Assembly (NCBI GenBank): GCA_963727895.1
Contig: CAVSHT010000011.1
Location: 64,001 to 128,000 of the forward strand
Source of the DNA: an uncultured Methanosarcinaceae archaeon
GTDB lineage: Archaea; Halobacteriota; Methanosarcinia; Methanosarcinales; Methanosarcinaceae
Direction of reading: 5' to 3'
Length of the DNA: 64,000 nt
A program made the position numbers and the translations under genes. The first letter of the stretch is position 1; each line of letters begins with the position of its first letter. The notes beneath the pieces are model-generated. The model saw nothing but the letters and a program-made list of their open reading frames with translations. It had not been told where the DNA came from and searched no databases. This document shows positions 1-11,342 of this stretch, in pieces.

Positions 1-462
1 TTTCTAATAAACGGAGTAAACTTAAATGTCTCTAAAAACACTTTTAGAAATTTAAAAAGAGAAGGAATCTATGTAGATGGAAACTCTTTCAAAAATGGCG
101 TTGTAAAAATCCAAAATAATACTTTCGTAAATGTGAGTACATCGAATTCATCTTCAGGAATCACAATCAAAAATATTAAAAATCCCGTAATTAGTGGAAA
201 CAAGATATTCAAAACTCCAGTTGCTGCTTTTTCTGCATCCAAAACTACAGGAAATGCACCTTTGAAAGTACAGTTTACTGACAAGAGCACAGGAACACCA
301 ACTTCATGGAAATGGAGTTTTGGCGATGGAACATATTCAACCCAGAAAAACCCTGTACATAAGTACAGTAAAGCTGGAAACTATACTGTTAGTTTAACTA
401 TAAAAAATGCAGCAGATAGTAACATTAAGAAAATCTCGAATTATATCAAAGTGAAAAAATGA
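1..462 (+). CDS. Cell-surface protein, 5'-partial: beta-helix-like repeats followed by a C-terminal PKD domain
   Basis: Frame is open from base 1. PKD motif PVAAFSAS..G.APLKVQFTDKSTG.PTSWKWSFGDG...NPVHKYSKAGNYTVSLT. Confidence 0.9.
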   Translation, partial: FLINGVNLNVSKNTFRNLKREGIYVDGNSFKNGVVKIQNNTFVNVSTSNSSSGITIKNIKNPVISGNKIFKTPVAAFSASKTTGNAPLKVQFTDKSTGTPTSWKWSFGDGTYSTQKNPVHKYSKAGNYTVSLTIKNAADSNIKKISNYIKVKK

Positions 463-754
463 TCTCAAAAAATCAATGATTCTCTGAAGGAAAAATAAAG
501 AATATTAAATTAAGAGGAGTGGGGTTTATTTATAAATTATTTTAAGAATAAATTTTATTAAAGACTTTTTCTGCTAGATTCTCGCAACTGAAGAAGATAC
601 AGTATACATAATTTAATAGAGTTATATACTTTATTCCATATGCTTCTATTTTGAATAACTTAAAGATTCTTTTCCGCTTTCAGTTTAAGAATCTACTTTT
701 ATCGTTCTATCTTGCCTAAATCTGTTATTAACCAATATAAGGCCAAAACAACTA

Positions 755-1231
755 TTACTCCCATTCCCAGAGCATTTCAGGGATTGAAGAAGACGAGAAA
801 TGAAATGTAAAAGAATTTTTGAACATTTCTATAATACGTTCCATCCCATTTGCCTCCATGTGGTCTTTAGGGAACTTCAATCCAAAAAGAGGCCAGAATA
901 GAGTTTTAGGACTTTCCCACATCTGATCTTCCATAAGATGGAAGAAAAAGCCAAAAGCAAGGGTAAGAACCCGGACATCTTTTCTCTTTTTGTATATGTG
1001 TAAACCCACAATGAAGAGAGAAAGAGAGAACAATAAAATGTGACCTATAATACGTCCGCTTGCAAAAGTAGAAGCAAATATAACCATTCCTACCGGTTTG
1101 TCTATTAAATCGGGCAGAAGGGCTCCAATAGCTAAGTACTTTGGATCTATAATATTCCTCAGTCGAGGTATTAGGAGTTCAAGTCCAAAAAATATACCTA
1201 ATGTGACACCGATGTGTCCAAAAAGAAGCAC
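755..1231 (-). CDS. Membrane metal-dependent hydrolase (YdjM/LexA-binding family); C-terminus possibly frameshifted
   Basis: Motifs GH, GALLPDLIDK, RIIGH, HLMED. An alternative frame near 770 continues as a hydrophobic tail LGMGVIVVLALYWLITDLGKIER. Confidence 0.8.
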   Translation of the reverse strand: MLLFGHIGVTLGIFFGLELLIPRLRNIIDPKYLAIGALLPDLIDKPVGMVIFASTFASGRIIGHILLFSLSLFIVGLHIYKKRKDVRVLTLAFGFFFHLMEDQMWESPKTLFWPLFGLKFPKDHMEANGMERIIEMFKNSFTFHFSSSSIPEMLWEWE

Positions 1232-2026
1232 TGAAAAACCTCACTAGAACATAAAATTATTAAATGATCTTTCCCGACTTATGTATTTGAGAAGTAAAAT
1301 AAAGCACGGGTGAATCTATAATTATAAGCACAATTCTTAGAAGTCTCATAATATTTGATTTCAGTTTAAGAATGTCAGTCAGATCAAACCCCCATAGTAA
1401 ATTAGTTGAGAAAGTTTAAAAACTTATTTTAAAATTCGATGCAGTTTATTTTTTTTTGTATTATAGACTTGTGAGTTTATTTGTAATGATCTTTGTAGCT
1501 ACACATGTACACACCATATTCATTGTCGACTATATGCACTTCTTGTTGACTCACTATCAACGATTGTAAAATAAAAAACGTAAAATATAAGCTTTCTTAT
1601 ATATAAAAAATTTTTTAGAGTTACCGTTAAAAAAGAAGCTTTTTTTACAATTTAATACACATTAGATTAGAATATAATAACTTTAATACTTATTAAAACC
1701 AAAATAAAAGCTTTTTACTAAAAAGAGCCCTATTTGTACTTTTATTATTGAATTTACAACCTGCAGGACCCAAATATAAAAAAGAAATTATAAAGACCAC
1801 AAATAAGGTGGTAAAATAAAGCTGTCGATAAGCCTTTTAAATTTGTTTATGTGTTTCTTATTAATTTGCGTTTATGGCATAATCCAATAGACTATTGCTC
1901 CTACAGACTCATTGATAAAGTTTATAATTCTGAATAGTGACCAAATATTTGTTTTAATCGGAAGGCTAATCTTGGAGTTAGGGCATAGGATTAACAAAGA
2001 CTATTGAGGGGTCTGGTGCATAGTCA

Positions 2027-2929
2027 GTGAATGAAAATGAACTTGATGAAGTAAGGACTATTGAAGAAGGATTCAAGAAAGCGTATAGTGAAGATATAAG
2101 GGGAACAATACAGGCTGTTAACAAACTCAAAGATTTTGCTTTCCAGTTAATTCACCAGGATGCAAATGCTGAAAATGAAATGGACATAAAAGCACTCGTG
2201 ATCTCAATCGGAGATATAGCAAAGGTAGCTGCTGAAAAAGGAATGGAACAAGCATGTATGGCTTCAGGTCGTGCTCTTGGAGATATAGTTCTTGAGGCTG
2301 CCAGCCAGAAAAAAGAGCCAATTGCTATAAAGACTTTGTCCATTGTTGGGAGTCTTGCTTTGGATTTTGCTGAAAAAAGACTCAATGCAGCAACCAAAGT
2401 TACATCCCGAGCACTTGGGAAGTGTGGAAAACAGTCTTCCATGATGAAAATGGAAACCCTGACAAGTCTTTCTGAGATTTACCTCATGCAGGTATCCTTG
2501 AAATCCTTAGATAAAAACCTTCCTGACACAGGAATTGTTTCTATAGGTTTTCTTGGTGAGATCGGAGTTTTTTCGGCTGATCAGTCAATAGAAACGAGTC
2601 CGCTGGAAACTACAATCATCCTTGAAGATATAAGCAATATCGCTATAAGGGAAAATAACGAGTTATATGTAAAAGCAGTAATTGAAGCACTCGAAAAACT
2701 TAGCACTGCGACCTCTTATCATGGCTTGAAAAAGGTACTTATCCAGATAGCGTGGTCTCTGGAAACTATCCGGCTGCTCACTTTAGAACGTGGAATGAAA
2801 GAAGCTTGCTTTGCTGCAAATTCTGCTCTTGAATCCGTTAATACTACAGGATTGCTTGATGAAGAACAGAACCTGGAAAAAATAAGGGAAATAAAAAAAT
2901 TTCATTCTTTTGTCCTGAAAAAGGGTTAA
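2027..2929 (+). CDS. Hypothetical helical protein
   Basis: 300-aa ORF, Ala/Leu/Glu-rich, no recognised motif. Confidence 0.7.
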   Translation: MNENELDEVRTIEEGFKKAYSEDIRGTIQAVNKLKDFAFQLIHQDANAENEMDIKALVISIGDIAKVAAEKGMEQACMASGRALGDIVLEAASQKKEPIAIKTLSIVGSLALDFAEKRLNAATKVTSRALGKCGKQSSMMKMETLTSLSEIYLMQVSLKSLDKNLPDTGIVSIGFLGEIGVFSADQSIETSPLETTIILEDISNIAIRENNELYVKAVIEALEKLSTATSYHGLKKVLIQIAWSLETIRLLTLERGMKEACFAANSALESVNTTGLLDEEQNLEKIREIKKFHSFVLKKG

Positions 2930-3113
2930 ATAAGCAATTAGCACGACATAAACACTTGATAAACGTAATTAAAACCTTTACAGGCTGAAATACGTTTCTT
3001 AAATATAGCCTAAAAAAGAAGAATCATCATATAGAAATAACAAAAACTCGTTATAAAAACATTATAAAAATAGATATTTATAGAAAAGAAGTTCGATGTA
3101 AAAAAATTGGATT

Positions 3114-3191
3114 TGGTGCTCCGGCCGGGATTCGAACCCGAGTCTTCGGCTCGAAAGGCCGGAATGATTGGCCGGACTACACTACCGGAGC
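3114..3191 (-). tRNA. tRNA-Glu(TTC)
   Basis: Reverse complement GCTCCGGTAGTGTAG...CT TTC GA...GGTTCGAATCCCGGCCGGAGCACCA; cloverleaf with encoded CCA. Confidence 0.97.
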
Positions 3192-3495
3192 ACATTGCAT
3201 CTCACAGCGAGACCTTCAATATACTCTAGTAATATATATATCTGTCCCTTGTTAAACTCTTATAGCTTAATAACTATCTATAAAACTTATAAAAATAATA
3301 CCAAAATTAATGTAATTTTCTTTTGTTTTAATTTTCTTTTGTATAAGATTCAACTTTTTAAAAATGAACATATCTTAACAGATTTTTAAGTTAGAGTAAA
3401 AAGCTGGAAATAACGAATCGAAAAATATAAACATCAGAAAGGAATTTAAAAATAATTAACTAAATCATTAAGAAAAAAGTTCATCCAAAAATGTA

Positions 3496-3573
3496 TGGTG
3501 CTCCGGCCGGGATTCGAACCCGAGTCTTCGGCTCGAAAGGCCGGAATGATTGGCCGGACTACACTACCGGAGC
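3496..3573 (-). tRNA. tRNA-Glu(TTC), second identical copy
   Basis: Identical to 3114..3191; own TATA-like box near 3628-3638. Confidence 0.97.
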
Positions 3574-3796
3574 TTTATTGTACATTATTTCCCCTTATTG
3601 GAGAGGTTCTTCAATAAGGGGTTTTTCTATATATAATTAGCGGTTGCCAGTGTTTTTGAAAATGTTATTTGATTGTTAAATGAAAAACTTCACAAACTTT
3701 TTAAGAAAAAACTTAACTGCAAATTTTAACTCAAAATGTTTAAATTGAAACAGATTTTTGAGAACTTTGTTAGAATTAAATTCACAAATCTCTTTT

Positions 3797-4198
3797 TCAG
3801 ATTTCTTCTTGAACTTCTTCCTCATCTTCCAGATCAGTTTCAATTCCGCTAGTTTCTTCTGATCTTTCAGCCTCTTGGATGAGGCTGCCAATCCATTCAC
3901 TGAGTCTCCCGCAATATTCGGGTTGACAGTCACCGGTACAGCCTGTACAGGCAGAAAACAATTCTCCTGCAAGAAGGAGATCATATTTCTCCTTAACCTC
4001 TTCCTTTGCCTTCAGCAGGTATGTCCTTGCTCCATTTGAGACTCCAACCTCGCGTAAAATGAGGTCTTTATCCAGAAGCTTTTTTATGATTCTGGAACAT
4101 TTTCGACTGTCGATATTCAGCTCTTTCCAGATAACATTCTGAAAAACGCCTTCTTTATGACTCTTTATTATGTTATATGCTTCTTCTTCAAGATCCAT
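3797..4198 (-). CDS. Winged-helix protein with C-terminal 4-Cys motif (RPC34/TFE-beta-like)
   Basis: wHTH (QNVIWKELNIDSRKCSRIIKKL..NGARTY) plus CTGCTGDCQPEYC..L.EW; directly downstream of an LSm gene. Confidence 0.7.
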   Translation of the reverse strand: MDLEEEAYNIIKSHKEGVFQNVIWKELNIDSRKCSRIIKKLLDKDLILREVGVSNGARTYLLKAKEEVKEKYDLLLAGELFSACTGCTGDCQPEYCGRLSEWIGSLIQEAERSEETSGIETDLEDEEEVQEEI

Positions 4199-4230
4199 GA
4201 TTCCACACTAATAAGGTTCCTTATGAAGTT

Positions 4231-4455
4231 TTATTCTTCTACAGGAGTGATCAGTATGATGTTATTACCACGAAGAACTACTGAACCAAGAGAACGTACT
4301 TTATCGCCTTTTACAATTTCCATCGTGTCAACAAGATGAAGGTTCATATAGTCATCTACACTTTTAAGAGTGCCTTCAAGCAGATTAAGGTCACCTTTCA
4401 TTTCTACCTGGATCCTTGATCCAACGATTTTTTGAACTTTTTTATTTGGGAACAA
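4231..4455 (-). CDS. LSm/Sm-like archaeal protein
   Basis: Sm1 motif GTLKSVDDYMNLHL and Sm2 motif VVLRGNNI. Confidence 0.95.
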   Translation of the reverse strand: MFPNKKVQKIVGSRIQVEMKGDLNLLEGTLKSVDDYMNLHLVDTMEIVKGDKVRSLGSVVLRGNNIILITPVEE

Positions 4456-4900
4456 ATTTAAACCCTCGCTGATTTATTCTCAATTTCCCCGTACTCCCGG
4501 GTTTGCATTTTCTATATCCCAAGCCGATGCCGGACAAGCCGCATCAGAACCACATTCACATATGCAGTCTGCCTATGGCCTTGTATTAGTCGCTTACTCC
4601 CAGTAACCGAAAAATCCTTCTATATTGTCACTCCACCGGCTTTTAAGAAAACTGAAAATTACATAACCCTTTACAGAGATATATAACCATCGATCTTAGA
4701 GATCTCAAAAGAATTCCAAGATCAAATAGTTCCTACCAAAATATATTTGACCAAATTGTTTTTAAAAGATTTGTGAGCGTTCTATTTCTCTTTTTTGCTC
4801 GAGCCTTTTTTGAAAAAGCTTGCAAAACTTTTCTGTTAACATTTTGTGCATCTGACAGGATATTTTGTATGAATAGGATCTAAGGGCTGGATATAAACTA

Positions 4901-5299
4901 TTAGATATAACCCTGTATGTCCATACTTTCGTCAACAGCCTTTACAGTCCCTTTTTTTGGCCTTGGGACTGCTCTTGCAATAGGCCCGAAAACGGATTCG
5001 TATTCATTTATATGCTGGATTAGCCAGTGAGAAAGCTCAAGAGCAGCAACCGGAGAGAGTATTATTTCGGTTTCGATATGTCTTTGGACAATCCTTGACT
5101 CTGAAGCTTCCCCGAACATCTTTGGAGTATCATTGTAAAAACCTATCCTGAAATCATAGGGACTGTGCCCCCCTGCAGCTCCAATAGCATATATTTGCCT
5201 GAAATCTTCGGACTTCATAAACTCTATTGTAATACCATTTTTAATCTTTTTAGGAACTGAACTTTCGATATTTTCCCTAGATTCAACATCCTCAGTCAT
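4901..5299 (-). CDS. Conserved hypothetical protein (DUF3467-like)
   Basis: IYA.GA.GG.SPYDFRIGF ... EIILSP.AA pattern. Confidence 0.6.
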   Translation of the reverse strand: MTEDVESRENIESSVPKKIKNGITIEFMKSEDFRQIYAIGAAGGHSPYDFRIGFYNDTPKMFGEASESRIVQRHIETEIILSPVAALELSHWLIQHINEYESVFGPIARAVPRPKKGTVKAVDESMDIQGYI

Positions 5300-5487
5300 G
5301 AAATTACCTCTGTATTTAATCTCAGATATCCCGTACTTTATATGGTTAGACTCTATATGATTCTAATACATTGACAAGTTTTTAAAAAAAACCTGACAGT
5401 CTTGATCATATAAAAGATGCATTCCCACGCATACAGGAACATTTTTATTCATAATATCATGTCATCTGCAAAAACTTTTTTGATAAT

Positions 5488-7962
5488 TTAGCCCTGAACT
5501 TTCTTTTTCAGTTTCTTTGCTTCTTCCGCGACTCCTTTCTTAGAATGTACCTTTGCTATAAGTTCTACAGCATCAAGATTACGAACTGCATTGTCCAGAT
5601 ATCCGAAAACATCGCCTTGGTATGCCGAGATCCCATACTTATCTTCAAGTTTCTTTATGATCTTTACAGGATCAAGTGCTTCTGTACGCAATTTGATAAT
5701 TTTTTCCGAAAATTTCTGTTCTGCACAGCCACAGTAAGGCGAATCCTTACATGCACAAGTTAAAAAATCTGAAGCAAAGTTTAACATAAGCTCACGGATT
5801 TTTGCATCAAGCTGGGAAAAAGATTCACCATCAAAAATTATATCAAGGGTTGCCCCCTGAAAGACTCTTGAAGGCATATTAACATGCAGAGAACTTCCGA
5901 TCTGGTTTGCATACTTGAAATATGCCGCATCGAAAAACTCCAAGTTTGTTGCTATTTTTATGGGTTCGTTTTCTTCTAGCACTGCATCTCTAATAAGGAA
6001 AGCTTTTGATACTGGAAGGAAATGAGCTGAAATAATTTTTCCAAAACGCGTAAGTGTTATTCGGTTTCCTTTTCTTTCCACAAAGCGATATTTATGAAGG
6101 CGCAAAATTATTTTGTCCATGTCGTAGCTTCCAAACATCAAGTTATGGATCATCCGGAGGTCCTGAACCGATGAAGTAACTGCAACCGAGGCAAGCACTT
6201 CCTCAAGCTGCTCGGCTTCTCCATATTGTATATTTGTTGAAATCATTTCTCCCTGGAGTAATTTGATCGCAACCTCTTCTTCGGTATCAGACTGAGAACC
6301 TGAATAGGACTTTCCAGGCACGGGCATAAGTACAACAACACCCCTGTCGTGATAATCAGGCCTGCCTGCCCTTCCGCTCATCTGTACAAAATCCTGGACT
6401 GAAATCCAGTCTATTCCCATTGCAAGGGATTCAAAGATAACCTGAGAAGCCGGAAAATCCACGCCTGCCGCGAGAGCAGCCGTGGTCACAATTACTGGAA
6501 GCTCTCCTTTTGCAAAGCGGGTCTCAGTCTTCTTTCTCTCATACTGGGAAAGCCCGGCATGATAAGGAGCCGCCTGGATTGAAAGGGATCCTGAAAGCTT
6601 ATGACAGTTTCTTCGGGAGTTTGTAAAAACAATCGTCTGTCCCCTATGGTTTTTGGAAGAGAACATTGCGTATTCGTCTTTTGCAAGTTGGGAAATCAGT
6701 TTTGCCTTTTCGTTATCCTGGCAGAAAAGTAGATGTCTGTCAAGTGGAACCGGTCTGTGTTCATAAAGGACAAGACTGGCTCCAAGTTTCTTTGAATAGC
6801 CTGCAGGATTTGCAACGGTTGCGGAAAGGTAGATGAATTGAGCTTCGGGTGCAACATACCTTAGCCTTCCTATTAGCCCATCCAGTCTGTGACCTCTTTC
6901 CTGGTCTTCAAGAGTATGGACTTCATCAACAACCACAGTTCCGATCTTGCCCAGAAAATCAGCATTTCCCGACCGAAGCATATGGTCTATTCCCTCGTAA
7001 GTCCCTACAATTATATCTGCATTAGGGCTGGTCTGCATTTTCACACGCTGAGAAGTTTTTATTAAAATTGCGCCAATCTTTATGGAAGTAGTGAGCCCTA
7101 ATTTTGAATAGCGTTCTTTGAACTGGTCGTACTTCTGGTTTGCAAGTGCGACTAAGGGAACGAGATAAAGCATTTTTCCTTTTTTGTTAAGCAAATTTTG
7201 GATTCCTGCCATCTCCCCTATAAGTGTCTTTCCAGTTGCTGTCGCCGAGACCACAAATTGGTTTTTTCCCTTAAGAAGTCCAGCTTCTATCGATAAAGCC
7301 TGGACAGGCAATAAGGTTTCGGATTTTTCGAGCAACAGTTCCTTAAATTTTGTGTGAATGCGTAGACTATTTACCTTGACTGTATTACTGACAGGATTTG
7401 TTCGTATAGTATCGTAGCGTGTAAATTCAGGATCCAGCCTTTCAGGAGTCAACATCCTTATAGTCCTATCCAGGTCTCTGGTTTTCGATAGGACCTGTTC
7501 TAAGAACTCTATGGATTTATCTCCATATTGAACACCAGCCGAACGGACTGCACGCAAGAGTTCTTCTTTTGCACAGTTAAGGCAGATTAGTTCATTATTG
7601 TATTTGATTGATTTACTGTTTACAAAATTGAAACGTTCATTTATCCAGCAGTGTTTGCAGATTTTAACTTTGTCCGCACTAAGCTGAAAAGCTTTCAGCA
7701 TTTCCAAAAAAGCAGCTTCATTTTCAGGATTTCCCCCTTCTGTAAACATTATTCGGTTTGCACTGCGTAAAAGCTCTATAAACTGCTGGGGAGGAATGAA
7801 TTCTTCTTTCTTGCCGGTGAGAAGCCTAATTTTAAGAGGGCGAGGCCCTTTGTAACTATCTTTTATATGGAGTTCGGCCATATAAATCGGCTGTTTCATC
7901 CGGTCCTTTATACCCATAATTCTTATTTTTGATTTTTCAGCGTGGACTAGGACCCAGAGCAT
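5488..7962 (-). CDS. Ski2-like DExH helicase (archaeal ASH-Ski2 type)
   Basis: Walker A ATATGKT, DEVH, SAT and QMSGRAGR, with N- and C-terminal Cys clusters. Confidence 0.9.
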   Translation of the reverse strand: MLWVLVHAEKSKIRIMGIKDRMKQPIYMAELHIKDSYKGPRPLKIRLLTGKKEEFIPPQQFIELLRSANRIMFTEGGNPENEAAFLEMLKAFQLSADKVKICKHCWINERFNFVNSKSIKYNNELICLNCAKEELLRAVRSAGVQYGDKSIEFLEQVLSKTRDLDRTIRMLTPERLDPEFTRYDTIRTNPVSNTVKVNSLRIHTKFKELLLEKSETLLPVQALSIEAGLLKGKNQFVVSATATGKTLIGEMAGIQNLLNKKGKMLYLVPLVALANQKYDQFKERYSKLGLTTSIKIGAILIKTSQRVKMQTSPNADIIVGTYEGIDHMLRSGNADFLGKIGTVVVDEVHTLEDQERGHRLDGLIGRLRYVAPEAQFIYLSATVANPAGYSKKLGASLVLYEHRPVPLDRHLLFCQDNEKAKLISQLAKDEYAMFSSKNHRGQTIVFTNSRRNCHKLSGSLSIQAAPYHAGLSQYERKKTETRFAKGELPVIVTTAALAAGVDFPASQVIFESLAMGIDWISVQDFVQMSGRAGRPDYHDRGVVVLMPVPGKSYSGSQSDTEEEVAIKLLQGEMISTNIQYGEAEQLEEVLASVAVTSSVQDLRMIHNLMFGSYDMDKIILRLHKYRFVERKGNRITLTRFGKIISAHFLPVSKAFLIRDAVLEENEPIKIATNLEFFDAAYFKYANQIGSSLHVNMPSRVFQGATLDIIFDGESFSQLDAKIRELMLNFASDFLTCACKDSPYCGCAEQKFSEKIIKLRTEALDPVKIIKKLEDKYGISAYQGDVFGYLDNAVRNLDAVELIAKVHSKKGVAEEAKKLKKKVQG

Positions 7963-8516
7963 GATTGTTTATCCTGATATATGAATGATATAAGTAAGCT
8001 TCTTCTCAAAACCTGTAAATTTCCTTCAAAGTCTACCTTCGAAGACTGAAAAACCAACATTCTGCTATCTTCTTACTTTAGAAGCAAAATTTATATTTAC
8101 AAGTAAAAGTTTATTTGGGGATATTATTTACATTTTCAGTGCTTTCTAAAGAGTGTACTATTTTATACTTCCTTCGCAAGCTTCTAGGATCTCTATCTTC
8201 TCATCTCATTTGTAGCTCCACTTTATATGTAACTATTATATAAATATATATAAACATTTTATTACTTTAATATTATATATATGCACCATGTATTAATTAC
8301 ACTCAGATTTTCAATATCCAAAATACCCTCATAAAAGAATTATTTATAATTAATGTTAAGAACTTAGTTTAAGATCTCAATTTAAAGAAACAAAAAATAG
8401 ATAGTAAGTATTTAAATATATCATCAGGTAAAGCAATAAAATCAATACTATAAAAATACTAGCGTAAAAACGAATTATATAGAAACTGCGATTCTATGTT
8501 TTTTAGAACACTTTTT

Positions 8517-9332
8517 TTATAAACAAGCTCCTTCCTTTGCAAATCTGCACCTGCAATTTCGAGTTTTTGGAATATTTCCTATTGTATCTGAAATAATCTC
8601 AAAAATTGCATCCTGAGATTTTCCTACTACTTCAGTTACTTCATCGGCAGTCAATTTCTGGGTGGTCATTCCACATGCCTGATTTGTAACTATAGCAAGA
8701 GAAGAATAACAAAGACTGAGTTCTTTTGCAAGAGTTACTTCAGGTACACCGGTCATTCCCACAATATCTGCAAACTGACTCATCATACGAATTTCGGCTC
8801 TGGTTTCAAAACGTGGGCCTTCTGTGCAGGCATAAATTCCTTCGGTATAAGAAAACCCCTGTTTTTCCAGAGAATCTCTAAGAGCCATTCTGATCTCCGG
8901 GCAATAGGGCTCAGAAACATCAACATGTACAGTCCTATCATCATAAAAAGTAGAAGGCCTGTTACGGGTAAAATCTATGAAATCATCGAGCACTACAAAA
9001 CTACCCACCGGATGTCCTCTCATTGACCCCACGGAATTTGTGGAAATTACGCGTTTTACCCCGATAGAATACACAGCCCAGATATTAGCTCTATAATTGA
9101 TCCTGTGAGGTGGAATATGGTTTTCTCCGGCATGTCTGGGGATTAAAGCAACTTTTCTGCCTTTTATATCAGTAAAGTAGACAGTAACATCTCCATAAGG
9201 AGTATTTACTAAGTGACTTTCAAAGTCTTTATACGAGTTAAAACCTACACCACCGAGCACTGCAATTTCAACGTCTTCAGATACATTTTCCATTTTTATC
9301 TTCCTTGGTGTTTTACTGTAACTCCTATTCAT
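8517..9332 (-). CDS. MTA/MTI phosphorylase (MTAP family)
   Basis: TPYG, RHAG.HIPPH.INYRAN, EGPRFET.AE and GMT..PE motifs. Confidence 0.9.
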   Translation of the reverse strand: MNRSYSKTPRKIKMENVSEDVEIAVLGGVGFNSYKDFESHLVNTPYGDVTVYFTDIKGRKVALIPRHAGENHIPPHRINYRANIWAVYSIGVKRVISTNSVGSMRGHPVGSFVVLDDFIDFTRNRPSTFYDDRTVHVDVSEPYCPEIRMALRDSLEKQGFSYTEGIYACTEGPRFETRAEIRMMSQFADIVGMTGVPEVTLAKELSLCYSSLAIVTNQACGMTTQKLTADEVTEVVGKSQDAIFEIISDTIGNIPKTRNCRCRFAKEGACL

Positions 9333-9377
9333 GCTTTCGCCCTAGCTTTATTATTCCTCTTGAGTAAGAATCTGAAA

Positions 9378-10514
9378 TCAGGCAAGTTTTTTCTTTTTAC
9401 TAGCTCTTCCGTTCTCTTCTTTTTTGGAAGTTTGGTTTGATACACTGTATTTTATGCCTGCAAGGGCAATAAGAATCGCAATTGCAACCGAATACACAAA
9501 GTACTGGAGGGCAAGAGCCGCATTATTTGTAATTCCTGCCGAAAGGGAAGCTGTCGCGAGAATGTATGTGCTTGCACCCCAGAACAGCAGTCCGGTTGCG
9601 ATTATAAACAGAGAAATCGCAACGTTTTTGTAAATAGGCTTATTTTCCATCCTTAAATCAAAGATTTTTCCCAGATCAGCAAGCAGTAAAGCTCCTGCAT
9701 ACCACCAGACTGAAGCATTAATGAATACTGAAACAAGCGTAAGGATTCCTTGATACCATACTCCTTCTGCCGAATAAAGCTTCCATACCTCCGTGACTCC
9801 GTACACAGTAGCTATAAGACATATAATCAGGGCAGCTGTATAGCTGATAAACACCATTCTTTGTTCCAGAAAAGCATCCCATAACCTTTCCTTTTCAAGG
9901 GCAACAAGGTCATCGAGCCCAAAGCCTCTATACAACATGTAAAGCCCTACAGCTGCAAGAATTCCCACAATTGCGCCTTCTGGATAACGGGCAAGCAGGA
10001 ATATTGCATAAATGAGAAAAGCAAGCCCTAAAGGTACGAAGAAAGTTTGAGATATTTTTGGGTCGCTGAATACATGTTTCAAAATATAATAAGTGCTTTC
10101 CAGATTTTCACTCTGCATTACTACAATTCGTTTCACTGAGTCAATTTTCAGACGGGATTGGACAATAGGCACAAGTGTTTCGTCTTCTGCTCCGTCTGAG
10201 ACAAAGATCGCCCTCTGAACATCAGTCTTATTGAGGAAAATTTCAAGCTCCTCAGCAATTTTCTGGTCTGAGATTATTCCAACATTTTTGTCTCCTGCAA
10301 AAGAAACTATCTCAGCATCGACACCTTTTTCCCTTAACTCATCAAGGATCTTGATGCCACCGAAAATCGTATTTGTATCAGAGTCTTCAGGATCTGCGAT
10401 CCCAAGTGCGACAGCAGCCTGAACATTTGCCTCCCGTCCTACTATTGGGGTTTCTAGTCTTGCTTTTTCACCCAGATCGTTATCTCTGTCTATGCATATA
10501 ACTAATGTCTGCAT
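9378..10514 (-). CDS. DUF373 family membrane protein
   Basis: LVICIDRDNDLG, DPEDSD.N, SDGAEDE and V.QS.NLESTYY motifs, then several TM helices. Confidence 0.85.
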   Translation of the reverse strand: MQTLVICIDRDNDLGEKARLETPIVGREANVQAAVALGIADPEDSDTNTIFGGIKILDELREKGVDAEIVSFAGDKNVGIISDQKIAEELEIFLNKTDVQRAIFVSDGAEDETLVPIVQSRLKIDSVKRIVVMQSENLESTYYILKHVFSDPKISQTFFVPLGLAFLIYAIFLLARYPEGAIVGILAAVGLYMLYRGFGLDDLVALEKERLWDAFLEQRMVFISYTAALIICLIATVYGVTEVWKLYSAEGVWYQGILTLVSVFINASVWWYAGALLLADLGKIFDLRMENKPIYKNVAISLFIIATGLLFWGASTYILATASLSAGITNNAALALQYFVYSVAIAILIALAGIKYSVSNQTSKKEENGRASKKKKLA

Positions 10515-10997
10515 ATATCCTCATAGCCTTAATGGATTACTCTAACACAGAAAGCTAATTATTCCTGTACATTATTCGGATCCGGCTCTTATATCTTTCC
10601 TGCCGGAATATTCTACAAACTCTTTTAATCAGTTAACGTGTCTTACTTTTTACAATCATATTATTTTAATTTATACATTATAAGTTGTAACGTAATAAAT
10701 TTTATTTTTACGCACAAAAATATTCTCAAAACCGACTTTGACACTTGAAGATTTTTATTGACTACCTGAAAGCAAGGAGCCTTAACCTTAAAAAAGTATA
10801 TTTTCTATTCTTCGAGAAGGCCAGTCTACAAAAATAATACTGTTTTATTCATTTTCTTGCGATATATATAAGCGATTCATAATCAAACTTTGGCAGATAA
10901 TTTTTTAAGTATAGAAGTTCATAAGGAGATATCTAAAAGAATACATATTTTTTAGAAGAGAAAGTAACCATTTTGATAACTAACAAAAGGGGTTTAT

Positions 10998-11342
10998 ATG
11001 ACACAAGAATCGGAAAGCAAAAGTGAAGAAACCGAAACTGGAAAAAAGAGTTCTAAAATACAGGAAAAAGTCGGAAAGCTTGGAAATGATATTGATTCTC
11101 TTGCAAAGAAAACAGGAGAGGAAGCTTCAAAACTTGCAAAAAATATAAATTCTGAGATTAAATCGATTTCAGGAGAAATAAAATCAATTGATGTAAAGGA
11201 TGAAGTAAAGAGTATCACTACCAGAGTTGAAAAACTAGTTGATGCTACAGGTGATAGTGCAAAAAAACTTGCCTCAGATATAAAGAGCGATATAAAGAAA
11301 CTGGTAGACAAAATCGAAAGCCCGATTTCAAAGAAAAAATGA
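10998..11342 (+). CDS. Hypothetical charged coiled-coil protein
   Basis: Lys/Glu/Ser-rich amphipathic ORF with an SD-like sequence upstream. Confidence 0.7.
   Translation: MTQESESKSEETETGKKSSKIQEKVGKLGNDIDSLAKKTGEEASKLAKNINSEIKSISGEIKSIDVKDEVKSITTRVEKLVDATGDSAKKLASDIKSDIKKLVDKIESPISKKK

Noticed and set aside
3010..3389. ORFs overlapping tRNA-Glu
   Set aside because: Shadow frames of the tRNA and AT-rich spacer.
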